DNA from: Hyphomonadaceae bacterium
GTDB taxonomy: Bacteria; Pseudomonadota; Alphaproteobacteria; Caulobacterales; Aquidulcibacteraceae
Length of the DNA: 58,680 nucleotides
Direction: 5' to 3'
NCBI GenBank assembly: GCA_040378245.1
Contig: JBEINE010000001.1
Coordinates: forward strand, 1 to 58,680
Shown here piece after piece: positions 48,258 through 58,680 of this stretch. Position 1 is the first letter of the stretch. Every line of letters begins with the position of its first letter. Both the position numbers and the translations under genes were made by a program. The notes beneath the pieces were generated by a model, which searched no databases, was not told the origin of the DNA, and was given only the letters and a program-made list of their open reading frames with translations.

Positions 48258-49565
48258 ATGTCGTCCATGCCAGCTGAGCCGGCATCAGCGAGCAGCCCCA
48301 TTTCAGCGCTGGAATTGCGGCAGCGGCGACTGGCCGTCGCACTGTTCATGGCGATGTATGCCTGCATGACCATTGATCGCAGCATTATGGCGGTCCTGGT
48401 TGAACCGGTGCGCGCCGAATTTAATGTGTCGGATACGCAGATTGGGCTTATCTCAAGTTTTGCATTTGCGTTATGTTTCGGAGTCGCCGGTATACCGCTC
48501 GGTGTTCTGGCAGACCGTTGGAACAGGCGAAAACTACTCGCAGCCTGCCTCGCCATCTGGAGCGCATTGACGATATGCAGCGGATTTGCGAACAATTTCT
48601 GGCAGCTGCTGCTCGCTCGCACAGGTGTGGGCGTGGCAGAAGCTGGTGGAACGCCAACCGCTTTGTCCATGCTCTCCGATCTGTTCCCCCCCGACCGACG
48701 CGCGACAGCCGTTTCGTTAATGTATCTCGGGGGACCTGTTGGCACCGTAATTGTATTTGGCGGCGGTGGCTTTTTGGCAGCAGAATATGGCTGGCGAACG
48801 GCGTTCATTGTCGCTGGCATCCCTGGTCTCGTCCTTGCCGCGGTCACACTCATGGTACTCACCGAGCCAAAACGCGGTCGCTTTGATGGTAGCGGGGGCG
48901 ATGTGTATGAACGCGTCGGGCTAGCAGCAACGGCCAGCTACCTCTGGACAACACCCAGCCTGTTTCACATGACACTTGCCATTACCGCCTGTGCGCTGGT
49001 GCTGTCGGCTGAACTGATGTGGCTGACGGCATTTTTCATCCGTTCGCATGGCATGTCGCTTACCAGCGCCGGAATGCTGATCGCGTTCGGTTACGGGGTT
49101 ATAAGCGCTGTAGGTGTGGCCGGAGGTGGCTTCATTGCTGACCGGTTCATGAAGCCGGCAGCCAGCCCCACGCGCGTCCTGACAATTTCCTGCATATTCT
49201 CTATCCCCGCTCTGCTGATACTCGTGTTGAGCCCCAGCCTTGTGTTTGCGATGATAGGTCTCTCGCTCTGGTCGATTACTGCATCGATGTGGTATGGACC
49301 GGCCTATGGACTCTGCCAGAATTTGACCCCTCCAAAGATGCGCGCGACACTGTCGGCAATCATATACTTTTGCACCGGCGTCATCGGTTTTGCTTTAGGG
49401 CCCCAAATCGTCGGAATAAGTTCGGATCTGGCTGCAGCATCACTGGGTACAGAATCGTTACGCGCCGCGCTGGTCATTCCGGTTCTGGGCCATGCATTCG
49501 CGTCTTGGCACTATTATCGTGCCGGGCAATCGGTGCTGCGCGAATGCCACCAACTTGCTGCATAG
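48258..49565 (+). CDS. MFS transporter (spinster-like)
   Basis: IDRSI, G.LADRWNRR motif A, ARTGVGVAEAG. Confidence 0.92.
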   Translation: MSSMPAEPASASSPISALELRQRRLAVALFMAMYACMTIDRSIMAVLVEPVRAEFNVSDTQIGLISSFAFALCFGVAGIPLGVLADRWNRRKLLAACLAIWSALTICSGFANNFWQLLLARTGVGVAEAGGTPTALSMLSDLFPPDRRATAVSLMYLGGPVGTVIVFGGGGFLAAEYGWRTAFIVAGIPGLVLAAVTLMVLTEPKRGRFDGSGGDVYERVGLAATASYLWTTPSLFHMTLAITACALVLSAELMWLTAFFIRSHGMSLTSAGMLIAFGYGVISAVGVAGGGFIADRFMKPAASPTRVLTISCIFSIPALLILVLSPSLVFAMIGLSLWSITASMWYGPAYGLCQNLTPPKMRATLSAIIYFCTGVIGFALGPQIVGISSDLAAASLGTESLRAALVIPVLGHAFASWHYYRAGQSVLRECHQLAA

Positions 49566-49618
49566 CCCATTACGGCTACATGCTCGTTTGAAACGCAAGG
49601 TTGCCCATTAACTTGCGT

Positions 49619-51238
49619 TCAGCGCTTGGGGGGCTTCAAACCAGCCTTCTCGCGGTCAAATGTGTTGGACGTTACCCCTTCATCGCGCAGCTGATACTTC
49701 AGGACACGACCAACGGGATTGCGCGGCAAATCGCTGCGCAGCTCGAAATAGCGGGGAACGGCGAAGTTGGGGATATTGATAAACGACCATTCGCACAGGT
49801 CGAGGACCGTAACATCATAGCCCTCCTTCAGGACGGCAGTCATTTTCACATCATCTTCGGTATATTCCGACAAAACGGCATGTACGGCGACATCGGCGAT
49901 GGCCGGGTGCTCCCTGAAGGCGGTTTCCATTTCATAGCTGGATATATTCTCGCCGCGGCGCCGGAGGTAATCCTTCTTCCGATCGACAAAGTAGAAAAAG
50001 CCGTCCTTGTCGAATTTGCCGATATCGCCCGTGCGAAACCATAAATCGCGCAACACAGTCAAGGTTTCGTTAGGCCGCTTCCAATAACCGCTGAACATCA
50101 CCAATGGTTTCAGCGGACGAGCAATAATTTCGCCCGGTGCGTCTGGCCCAAGTTCATTGTCATTTTCGTCAACAATCCGGACGTCGAAACACGGGTTTCG
50201 TTTTCCTGACGAGCCAGCGGGGCGTTCGAGGTGAGCGGGCCAGCACGTCAACAGCGACGCTTCGGTCAAGCCGAAGGCAGTGGTGCCGCCATATTTTATG
50301 CCGAACCGGTCTTTCCAGCGATCAACCAAAACCGGCGGGAAAGGAGCGCCGGAAGCGATCCGGATCTGACCATAACAACGCTTCATCGCGTCTGTTTCGT
50401 CCGCGTCGGCAATCAATGGCATCATGGCACCCATCAATTGAACAATCGTGGCTTTGCTGCGCTCAACTTCGGGCCAGAAGTTAGATAGCGAGAAACGGGG
50501 GTAGATAAACGCCTTGCCACCACGCAACAGCGTAGAGACGATTGTCGCCGTGATAATGTTCATGTGGAATATTGGCAAGGGCGTCCAGATCACGTCGTCC
50601 GCCGACATGTCATTCACTGTCGCAATATCGCTCGCCAGATTACAGGCATAATTGTGGCTGACCATGCAGGCTTTGGACGGTCCAGTCGTGCCACCCGTGA
50701 AAATCAGCAGAGCCAAATCGGACGGCTGAACAGCAATGGTGGGATCTTCACCATCAGCGATGCGGTGACGATCAAGATGCTCGACCAGAAACTTGCCCGA
50801 TCCAAGGCTCACCTCAGGTCCGCGATACAGCAGCGCTGACAGTTCGGGCAATCCATCGGCAACGGCAAGCACACGTTCCGCATAATCATGCTCTGCAATG
50901 ACGATGCGCGATCCCGACTCCGCTATTTGATGGCGAAGAAATTCACCCTTATAGGCGGTGTTAACCGGAACACAGATTCCTCCGATGCGCGTGATTGCGA
51001 ACAGCAGCAAAACGCTGTCCGCATTGTTATCGAGCAGCATCGTTACCGTGTCGCCCGGTTTGACACCCAGCGCAACAAGCCCCCGCGCCAAGTTCTGGGA
51101 TTCGGCATCAAAACGGGACAGCGTATAGGAATCGCCCAGAAAATCGATAAACTCGTGGTCTGGATTGCGCGCCACTGCCCGCTGCAGGATCGCAATCAAT
51201 GTATCCATTTCGCCGCTAGTCCAGACAATATTTTCCAT
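49619..51238 (-). CDS. AMP-dependent CoA ligase (CaiC crotonobetaine/carnitine-CoA ligase-like)
   Basis: FTGGTTGPSK, FGLTE, TGDIG, DRKKDYLRRRGENISS. Confidence 0.9.
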   Translation of the reverse strand: MENIVWTSGEMDTLIAILQRAVARNPDHEFIDFLGDSYTLSRFDAESQNLARGLVALGVKPGDTVTMLLDNNADSVLLLFAITRIGGICVPVNTAYKGEFLRHQIAESGSRIVIAEHDYAERVLAVADGLPELSALLYRGPEVSLGSGKFLVEHLDRHRIADGEDPTIAVQPSDLALLIFTGGTTGPSKACMVSHNYACNLASDIATVNDMSADDVIWTPLPIFHMNIITATIVSTLLRGGKAFIYPRFSLSNFWPEVERSKATIVQLMGAMMPLIADADETDAMKRCYGQIRIASGAPFPPVLVDRWKDRFGIKYGGTTAFGLTEASLLTCWPAHLERPAGSSGKRNPCFDVRIVDENDNELGPDAPGEIIARPLKPLVMFSGYWKRPNETLTVLRDLWFRTGDIGKFDKDGFFYFVDRKKDYLRRRGENISSYEMETAFREHPAIADVAVHAVLSEYTEDDVKMTAVLKEGYDVTVLDLCEWSFINIPNFAVPRYFELRSDLPRNPVGRVLKYQLRDEGVTSNTFDREKAGLKPPKR

Positions 51239-51272
51239 CAAAGCCACATCCCTATTTGCGAAAACTTGTTCC

Positions 51273-52571
51273 TTAAGCCGCCTGTTCTGCCATACCGGCA
51301 CGAAGGGCGGCCTTTAACCGCGACAGTCCCTCATCAAGCAGCGCGTTGCTAATCGTCAGCGGCGCCAGCAATCGGATGACATTGCCATATAGCCCGCATG
51401 CCAGCAGCAGAACGCCGGTTTGGCCACCCGCCGCCACGACCCGGCGGGTCAGTTCCGCATCCGGCCGATGCGCATCACGATCTTTTACGAGCTCAAATGC
51501 CACCATTGCGCCGAGTCCGCGGACATCGCCGATACAGGCAAACTCAGCCTCATTGCTCCAAGCCTGTACTTCCGTCATCAGCCGCGCACCGATTTCAACC
51601 GCGCGGGAACACAGATTCTCTTTCTCGATGACATCAAGCACCGCATGGGCTGCGGCACATCCTATCGGAGAGCCGGCAAAGGTTCCCCCCAGCCCACCCG
51701 GGGCCGCCGCGTCCATAATCTCGGCCTTTCCGGTTACTGCAGCGATGGGAAAGCCGCCGCCCAGGCTTTTCGCCATAGGTACAAGGTCTGCCTCTATTGC
51801 GGCCTGCTCATGCGCAAACAGGGTCCCGGTCCGGGCAAAGCCGGTCTGCACCTCGTCGATGATCAGCACAATGGAATGGGCATCGCAAATCTCACGAAGG
51901 CGCCGCAAGAAACTTGGTGGCGCGACGAGAAAACCGCCCTCCCCTTGGACCGGCTCGATTATGATCGCAGCCGCCTGGCTTGGCTCGACATCGGCCTTGA
52001 ACAAGCGATCGAGCGCACGAAGCGATTCCTCTTCGCCTATATCGCGGCACGCATCGGGAAAAGGCAGATGATATACGCTGCTTGGCAAAGGACCAAACAA
52101 TTGCTTGTAAGGTGCAACTTTGCCGGTAAGCGCCATGCCCATCATCGTGCGGCCATGAAAACCGCCGACAAAAGCTATGATCGTCGGCCGACCAGTATGA
52201 GCGCGGGCAATCTTAACCGCATTCTCGGTTGCTTCCGCGCCAGTTGTCACAAACAGCGTCTTGCGCGGTCCCTTCCCAGGCACAAGGCGATTGAGACGCT
52301 CTGCAAGCGAAACATAGCCCTCATAGGGTGTGACCTGAAAACCGACATGCCCGAATTTGGCCGACTGAGATTGGATCGCAGCCATAACCTCTGGATGATT
52401 GTGGCCCGTATTCAAGACCGCTATGCCAGCGGCAAAGTCGATATAATGGCGGCCTTCGACATCCCACAGCTCGGAGCCAGAGGCCCGGTCGACGAAGATC
52501 GGAAGCGCATTGGTCACGCCGCGCGGGACCGCGTCGAGTCTACGTTGGTAAAGTGTCAGGTTTTCGCTCAT
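51273..52571 (-). CDS. gabT: 4-aminobutyrate:2-oxoglutarate transaminase (class III PLP)
   Basis: DFAAGIAVLNTGH, TGAEATENAVKIAR, FHGRT, EPVQGEGG, DEVQTGFARTG, AKSLGGG, GGLGGTFAG. Confidence 0.9.
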   Translation of the reverse strand: MSENLTLYQRRLDAVPRGVTNALPIFVDRASGSELWDVEGRHYIDFAAGIAVLNTGHNHPEVMAAIQSQSAKFGHVGFQVTPYEGYVSLAERLNRLVPGKGPRKTLFVTTGAEATENAVKIARAHTGRPTIIAFVGGFHGRTMMGMALTGKVAPYKQLFGPLPSSVYHLPFPDACRDIGEEESLRALDRLFKADVEPSQAAAIIIEPVQGEGGFLVAPPSFLRRLREICDAHSIVLIIDEVQTGFARTGTLFAHEQAAIEADLVPMAKSLGGGFPIAAVTGKAEIMDAAAPGGLGGTFAGSPIGCAAAHAVLDVIEKENLCSRAVEIGARLMTEVQAWSNEAEFACIGDVRGLGAMVAFELVKDRDAHRPDAELTRRVVAAGGQTGVLLLACGLYGNVIRLLAPLTISNALLDEGLSRLKAALRAGMAEQAA

Positions 52572-52590
52572 AGCTGATGAACTATCAGCT
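52572..52590. promoter_or_regulatory. Operator-like perfect palindrome AGCTGATGAACTATCAGCT abutting the gabT start codon
   Basis: 7-bp arms and 5-bp spacer, same geometry as the island operator. Confidence 0.6.
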
Positions 52591-52695
52591 AATCTCTCGC
52601 AATGCAAGCATCAGATCAGTTTCCTTGATAGCGTTATAAATTCGCTAAATTTTCTGCCCAATCGACGCTTTCGATTTTCCGATAACGATTCTGGC

Positions 52696-54956
<2,261 letters not shown>

Positions 54957-54974
54957 AACCAATAAGGAACCGTC

Positions 54975-55733
54975 ATGCAACTAGAGAATATCAATGTCGT
55001 GATCACCGGCGGCGCGTCCGGCCTTGGTGCCGCAACCGCCCGCTTATTTGCCTCGCTGGGTGCCAAGGTGACCCTCATCGACCTTAACGAAACACTTGGG
55101 CGCGAAACGGCGGACGAAATCGGCGCACGATTTGTAGCAGTGAACGTGCTCGATGAAGATGGTATCGAAAAAGCGCTGGACGAAGCCGAAGCAGCCTCTG
55201 GTCCGTTGCGTGTGCTGGTCGGCTGCGCCGGAATAGGCAATGGCATAAAGACCGTGTCACGCGGAATCCCCTTCCCGCTTCCGGAGTTCCGCCGCGTTGT
55301 CGAAGTGAACCTGATCGGCACCTTCAATGTCCTGTCCAAGGCCGCTGCGCGCATGGCGCAAGCAGACCTGCTGGCCGAAGAACGTGGCGTCATTATCAAT
55401 ACCGCCAGCGTTGCCGCGTTCGATGGGCAAATCGGTCAGGCCGCCTATACAGCATCGAAGGCGGGGATTGCGGGAATGACCCTGCCAATTGCCCGCGACT
55501 TGGCCGACAAAGCCATTCGAGTCGTCACCATCGCGCCAGGCCTGTTCCTGACGCCGCTGATGATGAATTTGCCTGAGCCCGCTCGCGAATCATTGGGACG
55601 CCAAGCGCCCTTTCCAAGCCGTTTGGGCCACCCTTCGGAATATGCGCTGCTGGCGCGGGCGATTGTCGAAAATCCCATGCTCAACGGTGAAACCATCCGT
55701 CTGGATGGGGCAATAAGGATGGCACCCCGCTAA
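54975..55733 (+). CDS. 3-hydroxyacyl-CoA dehydrogenase type II (HSD10-like SDR)
   Basis: TGGASGLG, TASVAAFDGQIGQAAY.ASK, LNGETIRLDGAIRM. Confidence 0.93.
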   Translation: MQLENINVVITGGASGLGAATARLFASLGAKVTLIDLNETLGRETADEIGARFVAVNVLDEDGIEKALDEAEAASGPLRVLVGCAGIGNGIKTVSRGIPFPLPEFRRVVEVNLIGTFNVLSKAAARMAQADLLAEERGVIINTASVAAFDGQIGQAAYTASKAGIAGMTLPIARDLADKAIRVVTIAPGLFLTPLMMNLPEPARESLGRQAPFPSRLGHPSEYALLARAIVENPMLNGETIRLDGAIRMAPR

Positions 55734-55761
55734 GCGCAATCGTTGGCCCTGGAGTAGCAGC

Positions 55762-56538
55762 ATGACCTATGAATTCATTCGATATGATCGCGAGGGCGCT
55801 CTGGCTATCCTCACCATCAACCGGCCGGAAGTCTACAACGCCCTGCATCCACCCGCGCATGACGAGTTGCACCACGCACTTGACGCATTCGCCGCCGATC
55901 CGGAGTTGTTTGTCGCCATTGTCACCGGCGCTGGCGATAAAGCATTTTGCGCCGGCTTCGATCTGAAATGGCAAGCAAGCGGCCAGGAAGTGCGGATGCC
56001 GCCCACAAGCTTTGGTGGTATTGCGAAGCGCGACGACTTGTTCAAACCCGTGATCGCCGCAGTGAACGGCTTGGCGATGGGAGGTGGCTTCGAGATGGTG
56101 TTGGCCTGTGATCTGGTGATCGCCGCAGAGAATGCTCAGTTCGCGCTGCCGGAGCCGCGAGTTGGCATAGCGGCGCTTGCTGGAGGAATGCACCGCCTCC
56201 CCCGGATGATTCCGCAGAAAAAAGCCATGGGGCTGCTGCTCACAGGACGGAAAATCGGCGCTGCCGAAGGCGAAAAACTGGGCTTTGTTAATGAAGTCGT
56301 GCCGGCGGGCCAAGCTCTAGAAGGTGCCCGGCGGTGGGCGGGAGAGATTCTTGAATGCTCGCCCATGTCAATCCGCTGCACCAAGGAGCAGGCCACGCTT
56401 GGCTTCAAATATGGTCTCGTCTCCGACGCCATGAACGCCGAGTGGCCTGCGCACAAGGCTCTCGTTGAAAGCGAGGACTATGTCGAAGGACCGCTCGCGT
56501 TCGCGCAGAAACGCAAACCCATTTGGAAGGGGCGGTAA
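55762..56538 (+). CDS. Enoyl-CoA hydratase (CaiD-like)
   Basis: FCAGFDLK, AVNGLAMGGGFE..LACD, LPEPRVG, EGP.AFAQKRKP. Confidence 0.93.
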   Translation: MTYEFIRYDREGALAILTINRPEVYNALHPPAHDELHHALDAFAADPELFVAIVTGAGDKAFCAGFDLKWQASGQEVRMPPTSFGGIAKRDDLFKPVIAAVNGLAMGGGFEMVLACDLVIAAENAQFALPEPRVGIAALAGGMHRLPRMIPQKKAMGLLLTGRKIGAAEGEKLGFVNEVVPAGQALEGARRWAGEILECSPMSIRCTKEQATLGFKYGLVSDAMNAEWPAHKALVESEDYVEGPLAFAQKRKPIWKGR

Positions 56539-56576
56539 GGGCGAGATCAGCGGCGAGGTGGATGTATTCGCATCCG

Positions 56577-57270
56577 TCGACGATGCACTCGCATATGTGT
56601 TAACAAGATTGAACCCGCAGATTTTTTGCTGACCTCCAGTGAGATACTCATATAAAACTGCGTAGCCGCGGTTATTCTTCATGAATTTTATTCGGTTGGA
56701 GGCATCATATTCGACAGCAACGGTCGTGCCGTCGGCGAAGGTCACCAAAGTGGAACGGCCATTAGGAGTTCCGTAGCCAGTACCGGCAATATCTGAAAAA
56801 TAATAGAGATTTCCGGATCGGTCGGTCAACTGGTATCCCGAACCAATCCGCTGTAGTTTGTAGCCCAACGCGCTATTGCTCCACCAGATAAAGCCTCCGC
56901 TGCCATTTGAGACAAAATCTAATTTCGTCGAATTTCCGATATCTGAAGGTGTTGGAATACTAGTGGCGCCAAGGTAAACGCTGAACACAGCTTGCCCTGC
57001 CCCTCCAGCAGTTTGAACAGTGCGCCATACAGCGATGCCAACGAAATTATACCCAGTCTGATTGAACCCACGCTTTAGAACGAAGGGACCCATTTCAAAC
57101 GAATATGGAAAATAGACAAATTTTCCGGTTTGCAAATTTACCCCCATAGGCGTGGAGGTCATGTGCGACGGAAACTCGGTCCGAAAGTCGCCCGCTATTG
57201 CTATCGATGCCGGAAGCATCATAGCCATGCTTGCCAACGCAAACCGATTGTGGATTGTAGATTTACGCAT
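56577..57270 (-). pseudogene. N-terminal remnant of a secreted RHS/YD-repeat protein, 3'-truncated
   Basis: Signal peptide, TPMGVNLQTG, YQLTDRSG..Y.F, FADG, YDASNRIK..NNRGY; AT-richer than the island; TGATG coupling to the upstream gene; frame runs antisense into the crotonase gene. Breakpoint approximate. Confidence 0.65.
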
Positions 57271-57757
57271 CAGCTGCACCCCGCTCCATTTTGAATAAGC
57301 ATTCCCAAAGTCCCCGATGCAGTCGCGCCTCGGCTATCTTGAATGGTGTAAGTCACAGAGCCGGTTCCGGGCGCACCGTAGGCAGTAACTCCGATAGTGC
57401 TCGCACTTACGATGTAAACATCAGCTAAAGCAGAAGGTGAAACCGAGATAACCGTGAGATGTAGATCGCCATCGGCATCGGTGTCGTTTGCAGTCACATT
57501 CACGCTTCCTGACAAGCAGACCCCGATCGTGATGCTGTTGGCATTAGCAACAGGAGGCGTGTTAGGCGGAGGTGGCGGCGGTGACGGTGCGTTCGGATTT
57601 GGCGGATCAGCAACGACTGGGCGAGCAGCCGAACTTCCCGACAGACTGCTTTGATAGTTGCTGCGGTTTCCAGCCTTGTCGTAGCATACCGTATGCTTTT
57701 GCGAATTATTGACGGAGCCTGTACTTGTCGTTGAGATCAGCCTTCCTAATTCATCAT
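57270..57757 (-). pseudogene. YD-repeat + Pro linker + Ig/cadherin-like (Big_9-type) protein, 5' end cut by IS21
   Basis: (Y)DELGRL...YDKAGNR, PPPPPP, NTPPVAN..., NVTANDTDADGD, YTIQDSRGATA; homology ends at the IS terminus. Confidence 0.75.
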
Positions 57758-57842
57758 TGTTGATTGTCGTTGAGAAGTGACCCGTTATTTTCACTGAGAA
57801 TTGACCCGGGTGGTTGTTATATCCCGCGTTGCGGGTTTTGGG

Positions 57843-58622
57843 TCAAGAGGTTGGTTTTTCCTTTCTGTTTTTGGGCGCTGCGGCACTGGCGCGGAAGCGG
57901 AAGCTGTCATTCCCGGTCTCAAGGATGTGGCAGTGGTGCGTAAGTCGATCGAGGAGGGCGGTTGTCATCTTGGCATCACCGAACACACCGCCCCATTCGC
58001 TGAACGATAGATTGGTGGTGATGATGACGCTGGTCTGCTCATAAAGCTTGGATAGCAGATGGAACAGCAGCGCGCCGCCTGATGGACTGAACGGCAGATA
58101 GCCTAACTCGTCGAGAATGACGAGATCAAGGCGCAGCAGGCGCTCGGCAACCTGGCCAGCTTTATTCATAGCCTTTTCCTGTTCCAGCGCATTGACCAGA
58201 TCAACCGTGGAGAAGAAGCGGACCTTTTTGCGGTGATGCTCAACAGCCTGCACGCCAAGCGCTGTAGCCATGTGGCTTTTGCCCGTCCCGGGACCGCCGA
58301 TCAGTACGATATTGTCGGCACCGTCTATAAAATCTCCACGATGGAGTTGACGGATGAGGGCTTCATTCACCTCGCTGGCTGCAAAGTCGAACCCGGCCAG
58401 ATCCTTGTAGGCCGGGAACCGGGCTGCCTTGATGTGGTAAGCGATGGATCTGACCTCACGTTCGGTCATCTCCGCCTTGAGCAGCTGCGAGAGGATCGGC
58501 ACAGCCGCTTCGAACGCAGGGGCACCCTGTTCGATCAGGTCGCTGACGGCGCCAGCCATGCCGTACATCTTGAGGCCGCGTAGCATGACCACGATCGCGG
58601 CGCTGGCGGGATCATGACGCAT
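57843..58622 (-). CDS. istB: IS21 helper ATPase IstB
   Basis: GGPGTGKSH Walker [10 protein letters not shown] Walker [17 protein letters not shown]; start MRHDP at 58622. Confidence 0.95.
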   Translation of the reverse strand: MRHDPASAAIVVMLRGLKMYGMAGAVSDLIEQGAPAFEAAVPILSQLLKAEMTEREVRSIAYHIKAARFPAYKDLAGFDFAASEVNEALIRQLHRGDFIDGADNIVLIGGPGTGKSHMATALGVQAVEHHRKKVRFFSTVDLVNALEQEKAMNKAGQVAERLLRLDLVILDELGYLPFSPSGGALLFHLLSKLYEQTSVIITTNLSFSEWGGVFGDAKMTTALLDRLTHHCHILETGNDSFRFRASAAAPKNRKEKPTS

Positions 58623-58680
58623 GACGCGCCTCCTTGTTCCGGAGGGCATCGTAGCGCCCGACATTGGCTAGAGGCTCGCG
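58612..58680 (-). CDS. istA: IS21 transposase IstA, C-terminus (partial)
   Basis: Manual translation [22 protein letters not shown], overlapping the istB start as is typical of IS21. Confidence 0.8.
   Translation of the reverse strand, partial: REPLANVGRYDALRNKEARHAS

Larger units (their letters stand above)
57758..58680 (-). mobile_element. IS21-family insertion sequence, right end; continues beyond window
   Basis: Terminus TGTTGATTGTCGTTGAGAAGTGACCC with internal repeats TGAGAA(G/T)TGACCCG at 57771 and 57795; contains istB and the end of istA. Confidence 0.9.

Noticed and set aside
22347-51238. Secondary-metabolite biosynthetic cluster (adenylation enzymes, P450, thioesterase)
   Set aside because: No carrier protein, ketosynthase or condensation domain; gene content and importers fit catabolism.

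Overview
A ~56 kb catabolic island, probably from an alphaproteobacterium of the sphingomonad type (inferred from the TonB receptor, IS types and YD/RHS locus style). It lies between an IS3-family element at the left edge, which interrupts a CitE-like CoA lyase, and a broken YD/RHS locus plus an IS21 element at the right edge. The island encodes a large CoA-dependent oxidation toolkit: nine acyl-CoA dehydrogenase ORFs (three apparent heteromeric pairs, one two-domain fusion, two singletons), three CoA ligases, four crotonases, two thiolase-fold proteins plus DUF35, hotdog hydratases and a thioesterase, many SDRs, and a P450 with two ferredoxins. It also encodes two APH-like kinases, two amidohydrolases, two ALDHs, a TonB receptor and two MFS transporters. 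A nitrogen-stripping set is present as well: a DDAH/amidinotransferase-fold enzyme, an M20 N-carbamoylase and GabT. The strongest signal read directly from the DNA is a 19-bp palindrome, AACTGAY-N5-RTCAGTT, found about 14 times and in nearly every promoter region. This suggests the island is one regulon, plausibly controlled by its only transcription factor, a TetR. The substrate cannot be determined from sequence; a guanidino/ureido/amino-bearing lipophilic compound is proposed as a testable hypothesis. No rRNA, tRNA or CRISPR array was seen.
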